A stretch of DNA of 64,000 nucleotides from an uncultured Duganella sp. (GCA_963511605.1 CAUPJZ010000029.1:10638-74637); one strand, 5' to 3'; positions 39,950 through 49,829 are shown, counted from the stretch's first letter. Translations and numbers: made by a program. The notes: a model not told the origin generated them from the sequence alone.

Positions 39950-41581
39950 ATGCAAAAAATGACCCCATCCTTTATTGCCTCCGCCTTGGCCATCAGCCTG
40001 GCGCTGGCTTTCCCCGCACAAGCGGCCAGCGGCAAAACCGCTGCCGTGGTGCAGGAAGCTCCGCTGCGCGCGCACCTCGCGTTCCTGTCCAGCGATTTGC
40101 TGGAGGGCCGGGGCACCGGCCAGCGCGGCGCCGACCTGACCGTCTCCTATCTGGAAACGCAGTCGCTGGCGCTGGGCTTGAAACCCGGTAACGGCGACAG
40201 CTATCGCCAGGCGGTGCAGATCGCCGGCGTCAAAACGCTGCCGGCCGAGAGCACGCTGAAGCTGGAAGCGGGCGGCCGGGCGCTGCCGATCAGCTTTGGC
40301 AAGGACTGGGTGTTCGCGCCGGGCGACGCGGCCGCCGCGCACAGCTTCGACGCCGACCTGGTGTTCGTCGGCTACGGCATCACCGCGCAGGACGAGCAGT
40401 GGGACGATTTCAAGGGCGCCGACCTCAAAGGCAAGATCCTGGTCATGATGGTCAACGATCCGCAGCCGAGCGCCGGGCAGCCGAACCGCTTCAACGGCAA
40501 GGGACTGACGTACTACGGCCGTTGGACCTACAAGTTCGAGGAAGCCAAGCGCCGGGGCGCCGCCGGCGTGTTGCTGATCCATACGACGCCGAGCGCATCG
40601 TACGGCTGGAGCGTGATCCAGAACAGCTGGTCCGGTGTCGAGCGCTTCCAGCTGGCGGCCGGTACCCTGGGGACCGAGCTGCAGGGCTGGATGACGGACG
40701 ACACGGCGCGTACCTTGTTCAAGGCCGCCGGCCAGGATCTGGACGCGCTGCGCACCGCCGCCGAGGGCAAGGATTTCAAGCCGGTGCCGCTGGCCGCCAA
40801 ACTGAGCGGTGAAATGAAGGCTGCCGTGCGCAAGGTCGAGCAGTTCAACGTTGCCGCCGTGGTGCCGGGTACCGATCCGAAGCTGAAGGACGAAGTCGTC
40901 ATCTACAGCGCGCACTACGATCACCTGGGCAAGCAGGGCGATAGCGGAGACACGATCTTCAATGGCGCGGTCGACAACGCTTCGGGCACGGCCGGTTTGC
41001 TGGCGATGGCGCAACAGGCGGTGCGCGCGCCGGCCAGGCGCAGCCAGATGTTCCTGTGGGTCGCCGCGGAAGAGCAGGGGCTGCTGGGCAGCGCCGCGTA
41101 CGCGACGGCGCCGTTGTGGCCGCTGGCGAAGACGGCCGCCAACCTGAATCTGGACAGCCTGAATTTTGTCGGTGCCACGCGCGATATCGGCACCCAGGGC
41201 AGCGAGCGCACCGAACTGGGCAAGATGGCGGAGGCTGCCGCCAAGGCCATGGGCATGCATATCGCCAAGGCTGAACCGGATCTGGCCGGTGGCTATTTCC
41301 GCAGCGACCACTTCAGCTTCGCCAAGCAGGGTGTGCCGGCGTTTTCGATCGACGGCGGCCGCGAATACATCAAGGACCCGGCCGGTTCCAAGCTGAAGGC
41401 GGATGCGTATGGCAAGCGCTACCACCAGGTCAGCGACGAGTACGACGCCAGCTGGGATCTGTCGGGCATGGTGCAGATGGCGCAGTACACGCTGAACCTG
41501 GGCCGCATGATCGCCGACAGCCCGAAGCTGCCTGAATGGAAGGCCGGCGACGCGTTCGCCAAACCGCGCAACGTCAAGTAA
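39950..41581 (+). CDS. M28-family metallopeptidase with PA domain, secreted
   Basis: Signal peptide; 'SAHYDHLG', 'NGAVDNASG', 'AEEQGLLGS', 'FRSDHF', 'YHQVSD'. Confidence 0.92.
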   Translation: MQKMTPSFIASALAISLALAFPAQAASGKTAAVVQEAPLRAHLAFLSSDLLEGRGTGQRGADLTVSYLETQSLALGLKPGNGDSYRQAVQIAGVKTLPAESTLKLEAGGRALPISFGKDWVFAPGDAAAAHSFDADLVFVGYGITAQDEQWDDFKGADLKGKILVMMVNDPQPSAGQPNRFNGKGLTYYGRWTYKFEEAKRRGAAGVLLIHTTPSASYGWSVIQNSWSGVERFQLAAGTLGTELQGWMTDDTARTLFKAAGQDLDALRTAAEGKDFKPVPLAAKLSGEMKAAVRKVEQFNVAAVVPGTDPKLKDEVVIYSAHYDHLGKQGDSGDTIFNGAVDNASGTAGLLAMAQQAVRAPARRSQMFLWVAAEEQGLLGSAAYATAPLWPLAKTAANLNLDSLNFVGATRDIGTQGSERTELGKMAEAAAKAMGMHIAKAEPDLAGGYFRSDHFSFAKQGVPAFSIDGGREYIKDPAGSKLKADAYGKRYHQVSDEYDASWDLSGMVQMAQYTLNLGRMIADSPKLPEWKAGDAFAKPRNVK

Positions 41582-41598
41582 GCGCTGACGGTTTTGTG

Positions 41599-41625
41599 AA
41601 AGCAGCCCTCGTGGCTGCTTTTTTT
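41599..41625 (+). terminator. Rho-independent terminator
   Basis: AAAGCAGCC-ctcgt-GGCTGCTTTTTTT. Confidence 0.8.
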
Positions 41626-41704
41626 ATGGCTGCACTCAATAAAGTTATATCTCGGCGGTCATTATCAGTTTTACCATTGCCTCAATAAAAATATTGGAGA
41701 CTTC

Positions 41705-42598
41705 GTGAAAACCATTCTAGCCACCGTGCTGCTGGCAGCCGGCGCGTGCGCGAGCGCGCAAACTTTGCTGACGAAAAATTTCGCCGCCGATCCATCGCCG
41801 CACTTTTTCGCCGGACAGTACGTCGTCTACGCGACCGACGATCAGAACAACTCGGGCAAGTATTGGGACTCGACCGCATGGCGCGTGCTGACGTCGCCCG
41901 ATCTGAAGAACTGGAAGGATCACGGCCCGACTTTGCCCGCCAGTATTTTCAAGTGGGCCAGCGCGGATGCCAAGGCATGGGCGCCGGAGGCGGTAGAACA
42001 CGGCGGCAAATACTATTTCTTCGCGCCGGTGGGCGGCAAGCAAATCGGCGTGGCCGTCAGCGATAGCCCGATGGGGCCGTTCGTCGATCTGATCGGCAAG
42101 CCCCTGGTCGAAACGCCGCGCGACGCCAATGCCGGCGACGAGCCCATCGATCCGGCGGTATTTATCGACAAGGACAAGCGTATTTATTTGTACTTCGGCA
42201 CGCGGGTGCCGAAGGTGGTCGAGTTGTCCGCCGACCTCAAGAGCGCGGTGGGTGGCATCAAGAATGTGGTGGTGGACAAGTTCCCGGCCAAGACCGCGTA
42301 CGGCGAGGCGCCGTTCCTGCATCAGCACAAGGGCGTCTATTACTTCTCGTTCTCGACCGGCTGGCCGGGGCAGATCGTCTACGCGACCGGCAAATCGCCG
42401 CTGGGGCCGTTTGAGTATCGTGGCGTGCTGATCGACTTCCTGAAGATATCGACCAATCACCAGGCGATACTGGAGCATGGTGGCAAGACGCTGCTGTTCT
42501 ACCACGACAATGTGCTGCCCGGCGGCGGCGACCACCGCCGCTCGATCCTGATGCAGGAGATTGAATACAGCGCCGACGGCAAAATGCACCGTAAATAA
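41705..42598 (+). CDS. GH43-family glycoside hydrolase (xylosidase/arabinofuranosidase-like), secreted
   Basis: GTG start after GGAGA; signal peptide; 'ADPS', 'WAPE', 'IDPAVF', 'EAPFL', 'TNHQ'. Confidence 0.88.
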   Translation: MKTILATVLLAAGACASAQTLLTKNFAADPSPHFFAGQYVVYATDDQNNSGKYWDSTAWRVLTSPDLKNWKDHGPTLPASIFKWASADAKAWAPEAVEHGGKYYFFAPVGGKQIGVAVSDSPMGPFVDLIGKPLVETPRDANAGDEPIDPAVFIDKDKRIYLYFGTRVPKVVELSADLKSAVGGIKNVVVDKFPAKTAYGEAPFLHQHKGVYYFSFSTGWPGQIVYATGKSPLGPFEYRGVLIDFLKISTNHQAILEHGGKTLLFYHDNVLPGGGDHRRSILMQEIEYSADGKMHRK

Positions 42599-42626
42599 AG
42601 CCCGGAAACGTCGAATAACCTCGGAG

Positions 42627-42730
42627 ACACGTAGGGCGGATTAGGCGGAACGCCGTAATCGGCCGTCTCCGGGCCGTCGGCGGCTCATCGATGGCCGATT
42701 ACGCGCTGCGCGCTAATCCGCCCTACGTGT
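42627..42730. repeat. REPIN overlapping the MFS stop codon
   Basis: Inverted REP pair (GAA, GCA triloops); TAG of the minus-strand MFS gene (42713-42715) lies inside the right arm. Confidence 0.9.
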
Positions 42731-43948
42731 TTTCCCGGCGAATGACCTGACCCCGGGTTCGGTGGCGAAAACGCACAGCGCCGCCACCGGAAACACCAAT
42801 CCTGCCCACAACACGCCGCGCCATCCGTGCGCGGCGAACACCCAGCCGCCCAGCGACGAGCCGATCGCGCCTCCCATGAAGAACAACGCGATGTAGAGCC
42901 CGTTCAAACGTGCGCGTATCTCCGCCGGCAACGCGAATATCGCCCGCTGCCCCGTCACCAGGCTGGCCGAGACGCCCATGTCCAGCAGGATCGAGGTGAG
43001 CACCAGCACGCCGAGATCGACGATGCGGTTGGCGTGTATCGCCAGCGGCAGCAGGAACGCCACGGCCCCCAGCGAGAACGCGATCAGCGTGGTCGACAGG
43101 CTTTTGCCCTGGTCGGCACGTTTGCCGGCGATCGGCGAGGCGACCGCGCCGGCGACGCCGACCAGCGCGAAAATGGCGACACCGGTTTGGCTGAGGTGGA
43201 AGTACGGCCCCGTCAGCTCGAGCGAGACGCTGGTCCAGAACAGGCTGAAGGCGCCGAACATGCAGGCTTGGTAGGCGGCGCGCCGGCGCAGGATAGGGGT
43301 GGTCTTCAGCAGGTGCCACATCGAACCCAATAGTTCAAAGTAATGCAGGCCGGAGTTCGGATGGCGCTGCGGCAGCCGGGCGCGCAGCAGGAAGGCGAGG
43401 GCGGTGGTGGTGGCGGCGGAAATGACGAACACGGCATGCCAGTTCAAGGCGTCGGCGATCAGGCTGGCGACGGGACGGGCGAGCATGATGCCCATCATCA
43501 GGCCGCTCATGACCTTGCCGACCGTCTGGCCGCGTGTTTCGGGACGCGACATGTGGGCGGCGAACGGCACGACGATTTGCGCGGCGACGGTGCCGAGGCC
43601 GATGCAGAAGGCTGCCAGCAGGAACAGGTTGGGGTTGCTGGTGGCGGAGGCGGCCAGCAGGGCGAGCGCGCTGGTCAGCAAGGCGATGAAGATCAGGCGG
43701 CGGTTTTCCACCAGGTCGCCGAGCGGGGCGATGAACAGCAGTCCGGCGCAGTAGCCGACTTGCGTGAGCGTGACGATCAGGCCGGCGGCGCTTGGGTCGA
43801 GGCCGGTGGCGCGGCTGATCGGGCCGATCAGCGTTTGCGCGTAGTACAGGTTGGCGACGATCAGGCCGGTTGCCACGGCGAACAGCCAGACCATGCCGGG
43901 GGAAAGATCTTGCTGGGCGTGGGACTGGCTCACGTGATGCTCCTTCAT
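42713..43948 (-). CDS. MFS transporter (YnfM/DHA-like)
   Basis: 'ANLYYAQTL', 'APLGDLVENRR', 12-TM pattern, 'RARLNGLYIALFFMGGAIGS'. Confidence 0.9.
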   Translation of the reverse strand: MKEHHVSQSHAQQDLSPGMVWLFAVATGLIVANLYYAQTLIGPISRATGLDPSAAGLIVTLTQVGYCAGLLFIAPLGDLVENRRLIFIALLTSALALLAASATSNPNLFLLAAFCIGLGTVAAQIVVPFAAHMSRPETRGQTVGKVMSGLMMGIMLARPVASLIADALNWHAVFVISAATTTALAFLLRARLPQRHPNSGLHYFELLGSMWHLLKTTPILRRRAAYQACMFGAFSLFWTSVSLELTGPYFHLSQTGVAIFALVGVAGAVASPIAGKRADQGKSLSTTLIAFSLGAVAFLLPLAIHANRIVDLGVLVLTSILLDMGVSASLVTGQRAIFALPAEIRARLNGLYIALFFMGGAIGSSLGGWVFAAHGWRGVLWAGLVFPVAALCVFATEPGVRSFAGKTRRAD

Positions 43949-44022
43949 TTTGCAGGCGGCAATTCTACCGGCGATCGCAAAATGCTGCTGAGCAAGCTGA
44001 AATTGTCATGGAGACACGGACA

Positions 44023-44124
44023 CACGTAGGGCGGATTAGGCGGAACGCCGTAATCGGCCATCGATGTGCCGTCGACGGCTCATTGATGGCCGATTACGCG
44101 CTGCGCGCTAATCCGCCCTACGTG
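44023..44124. repeat. REPIN
   Basis: Same arms as 42627-42730 (GGCG-GAA-CGCC / GCGC-GCA-GCGC). Confidence 0.9.
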
Positions 44125-44157
44125 ATTCCTCGTGGAATCTACCGTCTATGGCCTGGC

Positions 44158-45165
44158 TTAAAGACCTGCCTCGGCACGCTTTAGCGACTGATGCACTTCG
44201 GCGGTGATTTCATACGAACGCAGACGATGCTCGTGCTCGAAGATCTGCGAGGTGATCATCAGCTCATCGGCGCCGGTGCGGTTGATGAACTCCTGCAATT
44301 GGCGGCCGACCGTCTCCGGCGCGCCGATCGCGCTGCACGACAGGACGGAGTCGAGCATCGCGCGCTCCGGCAGCCCCAGCGATTCCAGATAGCCTGGTTG
44401 CGGCGGCTGCAGCCGTGACGGCTTGCCGGTCCGCAGGTTGACAAAGGCTTGCTGCATCGAGGTGGCGCGCAGGCGAGCCTCCTCGTCCGTGTCGGCGGCG
44501 AAGACGTTAAAGCCCAGCATGACATAAGGCTTGGCCAGTTGCGCCGAGGGTTGGAAGTTGGCGCGGTACAAGGTCAACGCTTGCATCATCATCTGCGGCG
44601 CGAAGTGCGAGGCGAAGGCGAACGGCAAACCCATATGCGCGGCCAGCTGCGCGCCGAAGGTGCTGGAGCCCAGTATCCACAGCGGCACCTTGGCGCCTTT
44701 GCCGGGCACGGCCAGCACGCGCTGGCGCGGTGTGTCGGACATGTAATCTTGTAACTCCAGCACATCCTGAGGGAAGGCGTCGGCGTCCGTTTCCAGGGTG
44801 CGGCGCAGTGCGCGGGCCGTGGTCTGGTCGGAGCCGGGCGCGCGGCCCAGTCCGAGGTCGATGCGGCCCGGATACAGCGCTTCCAGGGTGCCGAACTGCT
44901 CGGCGATCACCAGCGGCGCGTGGTTGGGCAGCATGATGCCGCCGGCACCGACGCGGATGGTCGAGGTGCCCCCGGCCACATGGGCGATGACCACGGCGGT
45001 CGCGGCGCTGGCGATGCCCGGCATGCCGTGGTGTTCTGCCAGCCAGTAGCGCTGATAACCCCAGCGCTCCCCGTGTTGGGCGAGGTCGAGTGTGTTGCGG
45101 AACGATGCGGAAGCGTTGCTGCCTTCGGCGATCGGGGCGAGGTCGAGTATGGAAAATGGGATCAT
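44158..45165 (-). CDS. LLM-class flavin-dependent oxidoreductase (YhbW-like)
   Basis: '[14 protein letters not shown]', '[13 protein letters not shown]', '[12 protein letters not shown]', 'WILGSS', 'FAFASHF'. Confidence 0.92.
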   Translation of the reverse strand: MIPFSILDLAPIAEGSNASASFRNTLDLAQHGERWGYQRYWLAEHHGMPGIASAATAVVIAHVAGGTSTIRVGAGGIMLPNHAPLVIAEQFGTLEALYPGRIDLGLGRAPGSDQTTARALRRTLETDADAFPQDVLELQDYMSDTPRQRVLAVPGKGAKVPLWILGSSTFGAQLAAHMGLPFAFASHFAPQMMMQALTLYRANFQPSAQLAKPYVMLGFNVFAADTDEEARLRATSMQQAFVNLRTGKPSRLQPPQPGYLESLGLPERAMLDSVLSCSAIGAPETVGRQLQEFINRTGADELMITSQIFEHEHRLRSYEITAEVHQSLKRAEAGL

Positions 45166-45459
45166 GAATCACATATCGGGCCAACCGCACAGCTTTCAAT
45201 GAAGCCCTTGGCGCGGATGTGGGTTTAGTGAACCCATGTTAAAGCGCCAACGTCTTTATATTTTCACAGCTTTTTTATTATTTCACTGCTATCTAAGTGT
45301 GTTTAATTTGCCGACAGCCGTGCCAAATGTCACAAAAAGTTTTTCTTCAGCGCCTTCCTGATTTACTATAAGAAACAGCAAAGCGCCACGCCGAGCTGCT
45401 CCCACCCCTCTTAAATAATGTTATTTCGATGGCATCTCCTGCCATCGTCGGGAATTCGC

Positions 45460-46371
45460 ATGCCTAGGAAACTTGTCATCTTGTTTGCATTGTTACTCGG
45501 TTTTGTCAGCGAAGCGGTGTTCGCTGCGGGCGTGAGCGAGATGAGTGCGCAGCGTCGCGGCCAGCTATACCGGATTAGTCATGAAGGTAAAGTAAGTTAT
45601 TTGTATGGCACTATTCATGTCGGCAAGGACGGTTTTTACCCGCTCGATGAACAGGCGTCGCGTGCGCTGCTCGACTCGAATACTTTGGTGATCGAACTGG
45701 ATATTCGCCAGGATTTGCCGTTCCAGAAAGCACTGGCCCGCCATGGCCGCTATCCGGACGGCGATATGGTGCAGAACCATTTGAGCCCGGCCACGTTGAA
45801 CAAAATGGTCGCGGCGCTGGCCAAGGCCGGTTTGTCGCTGCAATCGGTGCAGCACTACAAGCCCTGGCTGATCGCCAATCTGCTGGTCGGTACGGAGTTG
45901 GACCTGCACGGATATCAGCGCAGCCAGGCGGTGGAATACGCGCTGCTGGCGGCCGCGCAGAAGCAGCAGAAGAACGTGCAGGAACTGGAAAGCGCGGAAT
46001 ATCAGTTGGGCTTGTTCGACATGCTGGACGCGCGCCAGCAAGAGCAATATTTGGTGGAAAGCCTGGCCGACTTGGCCAGCGGTTCGTCGTTGAAGAAGTC
46101 GCAGGCGTTGATCGACGCGTGGAGTTCGGCCGACGCGCCAGGCATCAAGGCGGCGTGGCACTCGGCCACCACCGGCGATTCCATTTCGGCCGGCTTCATG
46201 CAGCGTGTGCTGCTGGGCAAGCGGAATCCTGAGATGGCCGCCAATATCGAACGCATCATGCAGCAGGACAAAGTCGCCTTTGTCGGCGTTGGCCTGCTGC
46301 ATCTGGTGGGTGATGATGGCCTGCCGCAGTTGCTCAAGCGGCGCGGCTATCAGGTCGAACAGTTGTATTAA
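45460..46371 (+). CDS. TraB/GumN-family protein
   Basis: Signal peptide; 'YLYGTIHVG', 'LESAEYQL', 'RNPEMA', 'VGVGLLHLVG'. Confidence 0.88.
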   Translation: MPRKLVILFALLLGFVSEAVFAAGVSEMSAQRRGQLYRISHEGKVSYLYGTIHVGKDGFYPLDEQASRALLDSNTLVIELDIRQDLPFQKALARHGRYPDGDMVQNHLSPATLNKMVAALAKAGLSLQSVQHYKPWLIANLLVGTELDLHGYQRSQAVEYALLAAAQKQQKNVQELESAEYQLGLFDMLDARQQEQYLVESLADLASGSSLKKSQALIDAWSSADAPGIKAAWHSATTGDSISAGFMQRVLLGKRNPEMAANIERIMQQDKVAFVGVGLLHLVGDDGLPQLLKRRGYQVEQLY

Positions 46372-46898
46372 TAAGGCGTCAGGGTGCCGTTGTTGTAGCG
46401 GACCCGGTCACCTATTTTGTAGGCAGGCATGGAGTCGACCACCACGAGCTGGCTGCTGCCGTCGTCCATCCGCACGGTGACGCGATACACGCGGTCGGTC
46501 GGCGAACCGCCCAAGGTGCCGCCCGCCGCCGCCGCGCCCACCGCGCCCGCGCCCACATCCTGACGTTGCATCTGATCGATGGCTTGCACGGTTCCGTACG
46601 AGGTTTGCGCGGAGCTGGTGTGCCCGGCGCCCGCGGTGCCGCCCATCATACCCCCGCTACCCATCATGCCCCCGCTACCCATCATGGCGCCAGCGCTTCC
46701 AGTGCTTCCCGTACCGCTGCCGGTACTTCCCAAACTCCCCGTGCCGGTTCCAGCGGTGCTTGACGTTGCCGTGGTGCCCGGCGCCGTATAGCCGGTGTTG
46801 GCACTGGACGAGCTGTCGGACATCCCGTCCGAAGCGCATCCGGCCAACGCCGCCATGCATACAACTGCAACCCATTTATTTTGCTTGGTGATGTACAT
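46368..46898 (-). CDS. Lipoprotein with G/S/T- and Met-rich linker and SlyB-like C-terminal beta domain
   Basis: Lipobox LAGC; 'MMGSGGMMGSGGMMGG'; C-terminal 'YRVTVRMDDGS...YKIGDRVR'. Confidence 0.8.
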   Translation of the reverse strand: MYITKQNKWVAVVCMAALAGCASDGMSDSSSSANTGYTAPGTTATSSTAGTGTGSLGSTGSGTGSTGSAGAMMGSGGMMGSGGMMGGTAGAGHTSSAQTSYGTVQAIDQMQRQDVGAGAVGAAAAGGTLGGSPTDRVYRVTVRMDDGSSQLVVVDSMPAYKIGDRVRYNNGTLTPY

Positions 46899-46987
46899 TT
46901 TTGCCTCCCCATTGGTTAATCAAAGTGGCCAGCCACTTGGGTGAGAGAGGCGCGAGGGTTTTTTTGTTCCAGACTATCCCGCCACAA

Positions 46988-47029
46988 TTGATGTACATCA
47001 ATTGAAACATGCTACCTACAGACAATAAT
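46988..47029 (+). promoter_or_regulatory. FNR-type box plus -10 element (class II promoter)
   Basis: TTGAT-GTAC-ATCAA at 46988-47001, inside the 20-bp palindrome CAATTGATGTACATCAATTG; AATAAT at 47024-47029 places the box near -41.5. Confidence 0.75.
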
Positions 47030-47058
47030 TGTTCGGTATCACTTTAAAGGACATCGAT

Positions 47059-47316
47059 ATGTTGACACGCGTGACAGACACTATTATCGAAGAGTTAATC
47101 ACTCTAGCCTGTGGGGAAAAGCAGGATCCCCGCTGCAGGCATTTGCTTACTCATGCATTGCACGGGTTGGTACGCGTGGCCCAGGCCGAGCAGTTGCAGC
47201 AAATGCGTTTGGATGTGGAATCGGCGACCGGCGGCGGGAAAAGCTTTCCCGCAGATGTCAGTGCCGATCTTAAGTTTGCGGCTGGATACGGAAACGCGTC
47301 CACAAGGCCCACATGA
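47059..47316 (+). CDS. Small hypothetical protein
   Basis: AAGGA RBS before ATG 47059; predicted helical 'HLLTHALHGLVRVAQAEQL'; the 3' end overlaps the convergent VanZ-like gene. Confidence 0.6.
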   Translation: MLTRVTDTIIEELITLACGEKQDPRCRHLLTHALHGLVRVAQAEQLQQMRLDVESATGGGKSFPADVSADLKFAAGYGNASTRPT

Positions 47317-47662
47317 GCAGCGAAGTCAGGATGGCGGCGTTGCAGTCGACCAGCCAATCGGAAACGGCGCCGTGGCGGTAGGGCAGGAAGCTTTGCACCA
47401 ACTCGTCCACGGCACCCATGGCCGCGATGGTGAGAACGGCCTTGCCGGCCCGTCGTGCCGGGCTGCCCGTGCCGCCGGTAAAGATCAGGAAGGCCAGGCC
47501 CGCATAGGCGATCGAATGCAGGATGACGCCGGACGCGACCTCGCCGATATCCTGGCGGGCGCCGGGAATCGAGCCGAAAATCAGAATCAGCACATAGAGG
47601 AAGATGGCGGTTCGGTAGCGCAGTTTGGCGTGCGATGAAGTCAGAAGTAATTGCTTGATCAT
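47270..47662 (-). CDS. VanZ-like membrane protein
   Basis: 'LHSIAYAGL', 'GAVDELVQSFLPYRHGAVSDWLVD'. Confidence 0.85.
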   Translation of the reverse strand: MIKQLLLTSSHAKLRYRTAIFLYVLILIFGSIPGARQDIGEVASGVILHSIAYAGLAFLIFTGGTGSPARRAGKAVLTIAAMGAVDELVQSFLPYRHGAVSDWLVDCNAAILTSLLMWALWTRFRIQPQT

Positions 47663-47828
47663 AAACCAGACAATACCACGCACCGCGTGAAATGGGGAGT
47701 GGTGCACCAGGATCCCGGTGCACCTTTCTTCAGTCATGCCTATCGGTTGCATGTACTTAAGATGTAATCAGTATAGGGCGGCAATATGACGCGGCCATGA
47801 CAAAAAACAATACCAGCCAAAAAAGGGC

Positions 47829-47960
47829 AAAAAAAAGCCCGCTGGTTAAAGCGGGCTTAAAACTATTTTCTTGGAGGAGAATAGTGGAGACAGGTGTAAT
47901 TATGGGCCTGCATCAGATATGTGTCTAATTGTTGTTTCAGATACCAGACATCAGGCAGGC
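47829..47960 (-). ncRNA. Candidate sRNA with anti-SD (CUCC/CUCCUCC) seed and Rho-independent terminator
   Basis: Minus strand: ...CACCUGUCUCCACUAUUCUCCUCCAAGAAAAUAGUUUUAAGCCCGC-uuuaacca-GCGGGC-UUUUUUUU; AT-rich intergenic region; 5' pairing GCCUGC/GCAGGC. The 5' end is uncertain. Confidence 0.6.
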
Positions 47961-47984
47961 GTATAACTCTATCTTTAAGATGTT

Positions 47985-48746
47985 TTATTTGACGGGGACG
48001 GTGTAATTCAACGCCAGGCGGCCGCCGTCGACATACAGGGTTTGCCCGGTCATGTAGCTGGCGTCGTCGCTGGCGAGGAAGGCGGCGATCGACGCCACTT
48101 CCTCCGGCTCGCCGCAGCGGCCCATCGGCGTGCGTGACAAAATGGTGTTGCGCGCTTCCGGGCTCGACATGACCGCTTTCTTCGCCAGCTCCGTCAGGAT
48201 GGTGCCGGGACCGATGCCGTTGACGCGGATGCCATGCGGGATCAGGTTCAGCGACATCACCTTGGTCAACTGGTTGATCGCGCCCTTGGACACCACATAC
48301 GGCACCTGGTTCGGGATCGCCAGCTCGGCGTTGACGCTGGACATATTGATGATGCAGCCGCTTTGCTGCTTGACCATCTCGCGCGCCACCGCCTGGCCGC
48401 ACAGGAACATCGATTTCAGGTTGATGCGCATGACGCGGTCGAAATCATCCTCGGTGACGTCGAGGAAATCGGCGGCGTGGGTGACGCCGGCGTTGTTGAT
48501 CAGGATGTCGATACGGCCGAAGGCGGCCATGGTGGCGGCGACCAGCGCGTCGACATCGGCCTTCTGGCTGACGTCGGCGGCGAAGAAGCGGGCCTGTTCG
48601 CCCAACGCGGCGGCGGCCTGCTCGCCCTCCGGTTTGATATCGACCAGCATGACTTTCGCGCCTTCGGTGATCAGGCGTTGGGCGCACGCCAAGCCTATGC
48701 CTTGGGTAGCGCCGGTCACGATAGCGACTTTTTGGGATAATTTCAT
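47985..48746 (-). CDS. Short-chain dehydrogenase/reductase
   Basis: 'IVTGATQGIG', 'INNAG', 'PYVVSKGA', 'VNGIGPG', 'TPMGRCGEPEEVA'. Confidence 0.92.
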   Translation of the reverse strand: MKLSQKVAIVTGATQGIGLACAQRLITEGAKVMLVDIKPEGEQAAAALGEQARFFAADVSQKADVDALVAATMAAFGRIDILINNAGVTHAADFLDVTEDDFDRVMRINLKSMFLCGQAVAREMVKQQSGCIINMSSVNAELAIPNQVPYVVSKGAINQLTKVMSLNLIPHGIRVNGIGPGTILTELAKKAVMSSPEARNTILSRTPMGRCGEPEEVASIAAFLASDDASYMTGQTLYVDGGRLALNYTVPVK

Positions 48747-48845
48747 AGGAGTGCTTTCTGAGCGTTCTGGGATGGAGGCCAAATTTTAACAGCCCGGTGG
48801 CGGCGCGTTACAATAGAGGGTTTGCAACAGATTAAAAGGTGCGTC

Positions 48846-49667
48846 GTGAATTTCATCAACAAATTGTCTGCCGCGTGGACGGCCAACGACTCCCTGCTGT
48901 GCGTGGGCCTGGACCCGGACATGGCCAAGCTGCCGGCCCGGTTCCACAATGACCCGCAAGGTATTTATCATTTCTGCCGCGAGATCATCGACGCGACGGC
49001 CGACCTGGCGTGTTCGTTCAAGCCGCAGATCGCCTATTTTGCCGCCCTGGGCGCGGAAGACCAGCTGGAAAAGATCTGCGCCTATGCGCGCGAGAACTAT
49101 CCGCATATCCCGTTGATCCTGGACGCCAAGCGCGGCGACATCGGCGCCACCGCGCGCCAGTACGCGCGCGAGGCCTACGACCGCTATGGCGCCGACGCGG
49201 TCACGGTCAGCCCGTATATGGGTTACGATTCGGTGGAGCCGTATATGGAGTGGGCCGATCGCGGCATCATCGTGCTGTGCCGTACATCGAATGCGGGTGG
49301 TTCGGATTTGCAGTTCCTGAACGTCGACGGCAAGCCGCTGTATCAGCACGTCGCGCGCCTGGTGGCGGAGAAGTGGAACGCCAATGGCCAGTGCGCGCTG
49401 GTGGTGGGAGCGACCTTCCCGGAGGAACTGGCGCAGGTGAGGGCGATTGTTGGCGATATGCCATTGCTGGTGCCGGGCATCGGCGCGCAGGGCGGGGACA
49501 TCGCCGCGACCGTTAAATCGGGCAAGACGGCGGCCGGCGCCGGCATGATGATCAACTCGTCGCGCGCGATTTTGTATGCGGCGCCGCAGGCGGGCGAGGA
49601 TTTCGCGTCCGCGGCGCGCCGTGTGGCGCTGGAAACGCGTGACGCGATCAATTTGCATCGCGGTTGA
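48846..49667 (+). CDS. pyrF: Orotidine-5'-phosphate decarboxylase
   Basis: 'LCVGLDP', 'FKPQIAYF', 'LDAKRGDIG', 'CRTSN', '[10 protein letters not shown]', 'NSSRAI'; GTG start. Confidence 0.95.
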   Translation: MNFINKLSAAWTANDSLLCVGLDPDMAKLPARFHNDPQGIYHFCREIIDATADLACSFKPQIAYFAALGAEDQLEKICAYARENYPHIPLILDAKRGDIGATARQYAREAYDRYGADAVTVSPYMGYDSVEPYMEWADRGIIVLCRTSNAGGSDLQFLNVDGKPLYQHVARLVAEKWNANGQCALVVGATFPEELAQVRAIVGDMPLLVPGIGAQGGDIAATVKSGKTAAGAGMMINSSRAILYAAPQAGEDFASAARRVALETRDAINLHRG

Positions 49668-49697
49668 TTAGACCTCGGCGCGTGCATTTCGCGGGGA

Positions 49698-49795
49698 CAC
49701 GTAGGGCGGATTAGCGAAGCGTAATCGGCCATGCGTGCGCTGCCGGCGGCGCATAAATGGCCGATTACGGCGTTCCGCCTAATCCGCCCTACGTG
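49698..49795. repeat. REPIN
   Basis: Inverted REP pair (GAA/GAA triloops) between convergent genes. Confidence 0.9.
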
Positions 49796-49829
49796 ATTCC
49801 GCGTGGTTCCACGGTAACGGTTCCGATGG

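Noticed and set aside
47863-48402. 179-aa minus-strand ORF overlapping the SDR and the sRNA candidate
   Set aside because: It is an alternate frame of the SDR gene. The short tail MQAHNYTCLHYSPPRK lacks an RBS, so an sRNA reading is preferred.
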